Below are positions 59,763-64,000 of a DNA stretch of 64,000 nucleotides, one piece after another (position 1 is the stretch's first letter; every line of letters starts with the position of its first letter). The DNA is from Salisapilia sapeloensis CBS 127946 (lineage: Eukaryota; Protista; Oomycota). The translations under genes and the position numbers were made by a program. The notes under the pieces were generated by a model. That model had not been told where the DNA came from. It was given only the letters and a program-made list of their open reading frames with translations, and searched no databases. Location of the stretch: assembly GCA_023334545.1 (NCBI GenBank), contig JAADVB010000050.1, positions 1 to 64,000 of the forward strand, in the 5' to 3' direction.

Positions 59763-62417
59763 ATGGCTCGGTCCAAGAAGCGTGTAACTGAAGCTTCCGG
59801 TGAGTCTTCACCGGGGAAAAATACAGAGCCGATTGCGACGGAGAAAGTCGACCCGAATGCAACGGCTAAAGTGTTTGGCGTGCCATTGGATGCTGAGCAT
59901 GACGTCGAGGATGAATCGAACGCCCTCGCACCCGTCGCAAAGTATGCGATCTTAGGCATGATTTGCCTCATGTCCTTTGCCATTCGGCTTTTTGCTGTCG
60001 TACGATATGAGTCCGTGATCCACGAGTTCGATCCGTACTTTAATTATCGTACGACCAAGTACCTCGCAGCCGAAGGATTCCTCGAGTTCCTCGACTGGTT
60101 CGATGATCGAGCATGGTACCCGCTCGGCCGTATCATTGGAGGAACGATTTACCCTGGACTCATGTACACGGCTGCAATGGTCTACTGGCTATTGAATTTG
60201 CTCAATATCTCCATCAACGTCCGAAACACGTGTGTCTTCCTCGCTCCTGTCTTTGCTGCGATCACAGCCATCGCGAGCTACTTGCTCACAAAGGAAGTCA
60301 CCCGTCGCTCAAGCGCTGGATTGATGGCAGCAGCATTCGCTGGTATCGTTCCGTCGTACATTTCTCGCTCCGTCGGCGGGTCGTACGATAATGAGGGCGT
60401 TGCCATCTTTGCCTTGTTGTTCACTTTCTATCTCTGGGTGAAAGCTGTCCACACTGGATCCATGTTCTGGTCTGCTAGCTGTGCTCTATCGTACTTTTAC
60501 ATGGTTGCTGCCTGGGGTGGATACGTGTTCATTATCAACATGGTACCCATCTACGTCCTCGTCATGATCGTCGCTGGACGCTACTCGCCTCGTCTGTACA
60601 TTGCTTACTCCACTTTCTATGCTTTGGGTAGTTTGTTAGCGATGCAGGTGCCTTTCGTCGGTTTCAACGTCATCAAACAAGCCGAGTGTGCTGGCTCCCA
60701 CGGCGTTTTCGTCTTGCTCCAAGTCTACTGCTTCGTGAACTGGATTCGCCAGTACATCTCCGCTGCGTCCTTCCGACGTCTCGTACTCTTCGGAGCAGCG
60801 CTCGTGGTTGCAAGCGTCGGTGGTGCTCTTGTCGTGCTGCAATTGATGGGCAAAGTGCAATGGACTGGACGATCGCTGACATTGTTGGACCCGACGTACG
60901 CGTCCAAGTACATTCCGATCATTGCGTCGGTGAGTGAACACCAACCGACGACGTGGACTTCATACTTTTTCGATCTACATGTGCTCGTACCGTTTGCTCC
61001 TGTTGGTCTCTACTTCCTCTTTACGAATCTTACGGACGGAGGTATCTTCCTCATCCTGTACGGAACGGTCGCATGGTACTTTGCCGGTGTCATGGTGCGT
61101 CTCATGCTCGTACTCGCTCCGATTGCCTGTATCCTCGGAGCTGTGGGTATCTCCACGACCTTGCGTACGTTCATGGGTATCCTACGTCGCCCATCTGGCT
61201 ATGTGATTCAAAAGAATGCTGCACAAGATGTTCCAATGCCTATTGTCCTATCGGTCGTGGGAGGCATGCTCCTCATGATGCTCAGCTACACGTTCCACGC
61301 GTCGCAAGTGTCTTCCATGGCGTACTCTTCTCCTTCCATCGTCATCGAAGCCGGACGTACTCGCTCTGGGGAACGTGTCATGTTCGATGACTATCGTGAA
61401 GCATACTTCTGGCTGCGTCAGAACACAGACGCTGATGCCAAGATCATGTCCTGGTGGGATTACGGATACCAAATGTCTGCCATGGCCAACCGAACGGTCA
61501 TTGTCGACAACAACACGTGGAACAATACGCACATTGCGACGGTCGGAAGAGCCTTGGCCTCTACTGAAGAGGAAGCGTATCCAATCATGCAGAGTCTCGA
61601 CGTCGACTACGTCCTTGTGATCTTTGGTGGTCTCACTGGCTATAGTTCAGATGACATCAACAAGTTCCTCTGGCCTGTACGCATCGGCTCTGGTGTCTAC
61701 CCAGACGACATGCCGAAGGAGCAGGACTACTTTTCTTCCTCTGGCAACTTTGACATTGGTGTCGGTGGCTCCAAGACACTGCACAACTGTCTCGCGTACA
61801 AGCTGTGCTTCTACCGCTTTGGAGAGGTCATGACGGACTATCAGCATCCGCCAGGCTACGACCGTGCGCGTAATACCGAGGTGGGTGTCAAGGACATTAA
61901 GCTCACGCACTTGGAAGAAGCGTTCACGTCGGAGCATTGGATCGTCCGAATCTTCAAGGTGAAGAAGCCCTCGAACGTCGAACCGATGAAGCCTGTGAAG
62001 GAAGCACGTGTGCGTGAAGGATTGTCGAATCCGGAAGATATCACGTCTGAGAAGACGACCTTCCTCGGATGTGTCACGGGAGAAGACTTGCTTGGCAATG
62101 ACCGAGTGTACTCTGGTGGTCCGAGCGGTGCGAACTACCAAATGGCGTTGCATCATGCGAAGGCGAAGGACAAGCGCTACTTTGCTCTGTCCCGAGTCGG
62201 TGGAGAAGGACATGCGTTTGCCTTTGACAAGCTCCCGGTGAGCTCCCAGGCGTTTGATGGAAACGATGCCGGGTGCACGCGAGCGTGTAAGGATGATAAA
62301 GACAAGGCGTGTGGATGTGCAGACTTGGGATGCGAAGACGTTGGTGTGAAGCCTGGTGAAGGACAGGAGCACAACCGTCGTTGGGCCATCTACGAACGGG
62401 ACGCAGCGAGTGACTAG
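59763..62417 (+). CDS. STT3: Oligosaccharyltransferase catalytic subunit STT3 with Cys-rich C-terminal extension
   Basis: IHEFDPYFNYR, GSYDNEG, SVSEHQP, WWDYG, DNNTWNN and SSDDINKF. Intronless. Confidence 0.97.
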   Translation: MARSKKRVTEASGESSPGKNTEPIATEKVDPNATAKVFGVPLDAEHDVEDESNALAPVAKYAILGMICLMSFAIRLFAVVRYESVIHEFDPYFNYRTTKYLAAEGFLEFLDWFDDRAWYPLGRIIGGTIYPGLMYTAAMVYWLLNLLNISINVRNTCVFLAPVFAAITAIASYLLTKEVTRRSSAGLMAAAFAGIVPSYISRSVGGSYDNEGVAIFALLFTFYLWVKAVHTGSMFWSASCALSYFYMVAAWGGYVFIINMVPIYVLVMIVAGRYSPRLYIAYSTFYALGSLLAMQVPFVGFNVIKQAECAGSHGVFVLLQVYCFVNWIRQYISAASFRRLVLFGAALVVASVGGALVVLQLMGKVQWTGRSLTLLDPTYASKYIPIIASVSEHQPTTWTSYFFDLHVLVPFAPVGLYFLFTNLTDGGIFLILYGTVAWYFAGVMVRLMLVLAPIACILGAVGISTTLRTFMGILRRPSGYVIQKNAAQDVPMPIVLSVVGGMLLMMLSYTFHASQVSSMAYSSPSIVIEAGRTRSGERVMFDDYREAYFWLRQNTDADAKIMSWWDYGYQMSAMANRTVIVDNNTWNNTHIATVGRALASTEEEAYPIMQSLDVDYVLVIFGGLTGYSSDDINKFLWPVRIGSGVYPDDMPKEQDYFSSSGNFDIGVGGSKTLHNCLAYKLCFYRFGEVMTDYQHPPGYDRARNTEVGVKDIKLTHLEEAFTSEHWIVRIFKVKKPSNVEPMKPVKEARVREGLSNPEDITSEKTTFLGCVTGEDLLGNDRVYSGGPSGANYQMALHHAKAKDKRYFALSRVGGEGHAFAFDKLPVSSQAFDGNDAGCTRACKDDKDKACGCADLGCEDVGVKPGEGQEHNRRWAIYERDAASD

Positions 62418-62547
62418 ATCCGCATGGACTGTGACAGACTTGTAGGATAGCACTATGAGTTTCGCCTTTTACGTCTCGAATATTTTTCTTTGATGCTGCA
62501 ATCGAAAGCGTTTTGTTTTCCTGGAGGTTTCAGTTGCTTGTTAGGTG

Positions 62548-63858
62548 ATGGGCGTAGTCCTTAGCACAGGAGGAGAGCAAGCTCAACTCTTTCGATGTTG
62601 CGTATGGAAGCTCTGCTGTAATTGTTCATGTATCTTGTCTGACGTTGTACAGGTCGTTTATACGTACTATGGAGACTTGGATTGCTTGAAAGAAGCGTTT
62701 CATCCGGTCTTGAATACTTTGCAGGTACAGAGTTTCTCAATCTGGCAATAAATGGCGTAACCTAGGTATTAGATTTCTCGAGCTACGTATATTGATTTAT
62801 GCGAGAGTGAGATCACGAAGATTGATGCTATCGATGATTTGTACGAGCGTGAAAGGAAGGAGAGCGCTTTGCTAGATGAAAAACAGGAATTTTTCTCGGC
62901 TGTAGAGAATGGAGACATTGTTCTGGGAGATACATTGCTTCACGTTGCGGCTCGAAGAGGCCATGAACATGTCGTTGATTATTTGCTTACGAGGGACGAT
63001 TCAGTCTACCGCAAAGATACTATGGCTGCGAAAGGCTCTCGGGTAGCAGCAGTGCCTCATCCATCGCTTACGACAGCTCAGGTACTGAATCTAGATGGCG
63101 AGTTACCCATTGATGTTGCTGCGACTGCAGCTATACAGCTAATGCTTCAACACGTCAAAGACGTTCAAAACGTCTTGAGCTTGGATGCATGTGAAGAAGC
63201 CAAAGTCCATCGTCTTCTCCGAGCACTACGTCGAATATGGCCGTTCTGGATGGTAGATGGCCAGCCTGAAGTAGCTGCAATCGTTCGTGTACTCTACGCT
63301 GCTCGTCCATCCGATCCTATATTCGCCAAGCTCACGACGGTTGTCCAGAAAGCGACATCTAGTATCCGTCGAGCGATATCTGGAGATGGCATTCTTATCA
63401 TGGCCACGTTTCTACGAGATTACCAGAACGATCTTCACGCAGTTCGGAATGAGCTATCAGATCCTTCCAAATGGTCAGGAAAGCAGCTAGAACACCTCTG
63501 CCATCGACTCTTTCAGCGCTGGTTGCCACATGAAGGAGAGGAACGCGACATGAATGGATATTATGAAGAATTTATCTCATCAGCCATGAACGCATGGCTG
63601 CAACTGCTATACGACATGCGAGCACAGGCATCCCCAGGGACTATCCTAAAGAACTCAAACCTACCAGGAGCCTGCACGTATGAAGACATACTAGACGAGG
63701 ATAACATCCAATGCATGATTGAACATCAAACGGTCGATCGCTACAGTGGACAGATATGGGAAAGGAGACTACATCCTCCACCGACGGCGGTAGATGAAAT
63801 CTGCAGCTCTATTCGCGCATTAGAAAGTCATCTACACCTGTCTAATCTCGTCGTCTAA
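62548..63858 (+). CDS. Ankyrin-repeat protein with an N-terminal MGxxxS motif, 3 exons
   Basis: Spliced: MGVVLSTGGEQAQLFRCC-VVYTYYGDL...-ISRATYID... joining the long ORF with GDTLLHVAARRGHEHVVDYLL and NLDGELPIDVA. Confidence 0.7.
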
Positions 63859-63863
63859 CATGT

Positions 63864-64000
63864 TTATCCAAACTTGCCATCGAAACCGACAAAGCCACTG
63901 AGTTTAAAGATCGGGAAGAATGGTTTCTTGTCCAGATTCGAGCACCAGTTCCAAGCGCTTGTGAGGCGACCATCAATACAGGATCCGGCATCAAAGAAGT
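63864..64000 (-). CDS. C-terminal end of a gene extending beyond the window
   Basis: The minus strand reads FFDAGSCIDGRLTSAWNWCSNLDKKPFFPIFKLSGFVGFDGKFG*, which looks like conserved protein sequence. I could not name the family. Confidence 0.6.
   Translation of the reverse strand, partial: FFDAGSCIDGRLTSAWNWCSNLDKKPFFPIFKLSGFVGFDGKFG

Overview
Gene-dense eukaryotic nuclear DNA. It is most consistent with an oomycete or a close stramenopile relative, based on short GT-AG introns (mostly about 50-60 nt), the oomycete INR-FPR core-promoter motif YCATTYBNNNWTTY just upstream of several start codons, and oomycete-type gene families. About 35 protein-coding genes can be supported. Most are housekeeping: PFDN4, RUS1-like, PEX11, V-ATPase H, UMP-CMP kinase, RPT6, SMU1, FOR20, DDI1, RPS6, HCCS, myotubularin, XYLB, DBT, anoctamin, DOT1, POT transporter, a PNUTS-like protein, STT3 and RPS29 (RPS29 is missed by the ORF track). 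I found no rRNA, tRNA, CRISPR array or recognisable mobile element. The most unusual items are: (1) an intronless bacterial HU/IHF-type gene that lacks the DNA-intercalating arm and has an acidic tail; (2) a twin-CX9C module fused to the C-terminus of cytochrome c heme lyase; (3) a WSC-like Cys-rich domain fused to the C-terminus of STT3; (4) a WW + CELF-type RRM gene with an unusually long UG-rich intron; (5) strict +/- strand alternation of 16 consecutive genes, with very short divergent promoters and nearly abutting convergent stops. All family assignments come from motif recognition by eye and no database search was run. Exon boundaries were inferred manually.
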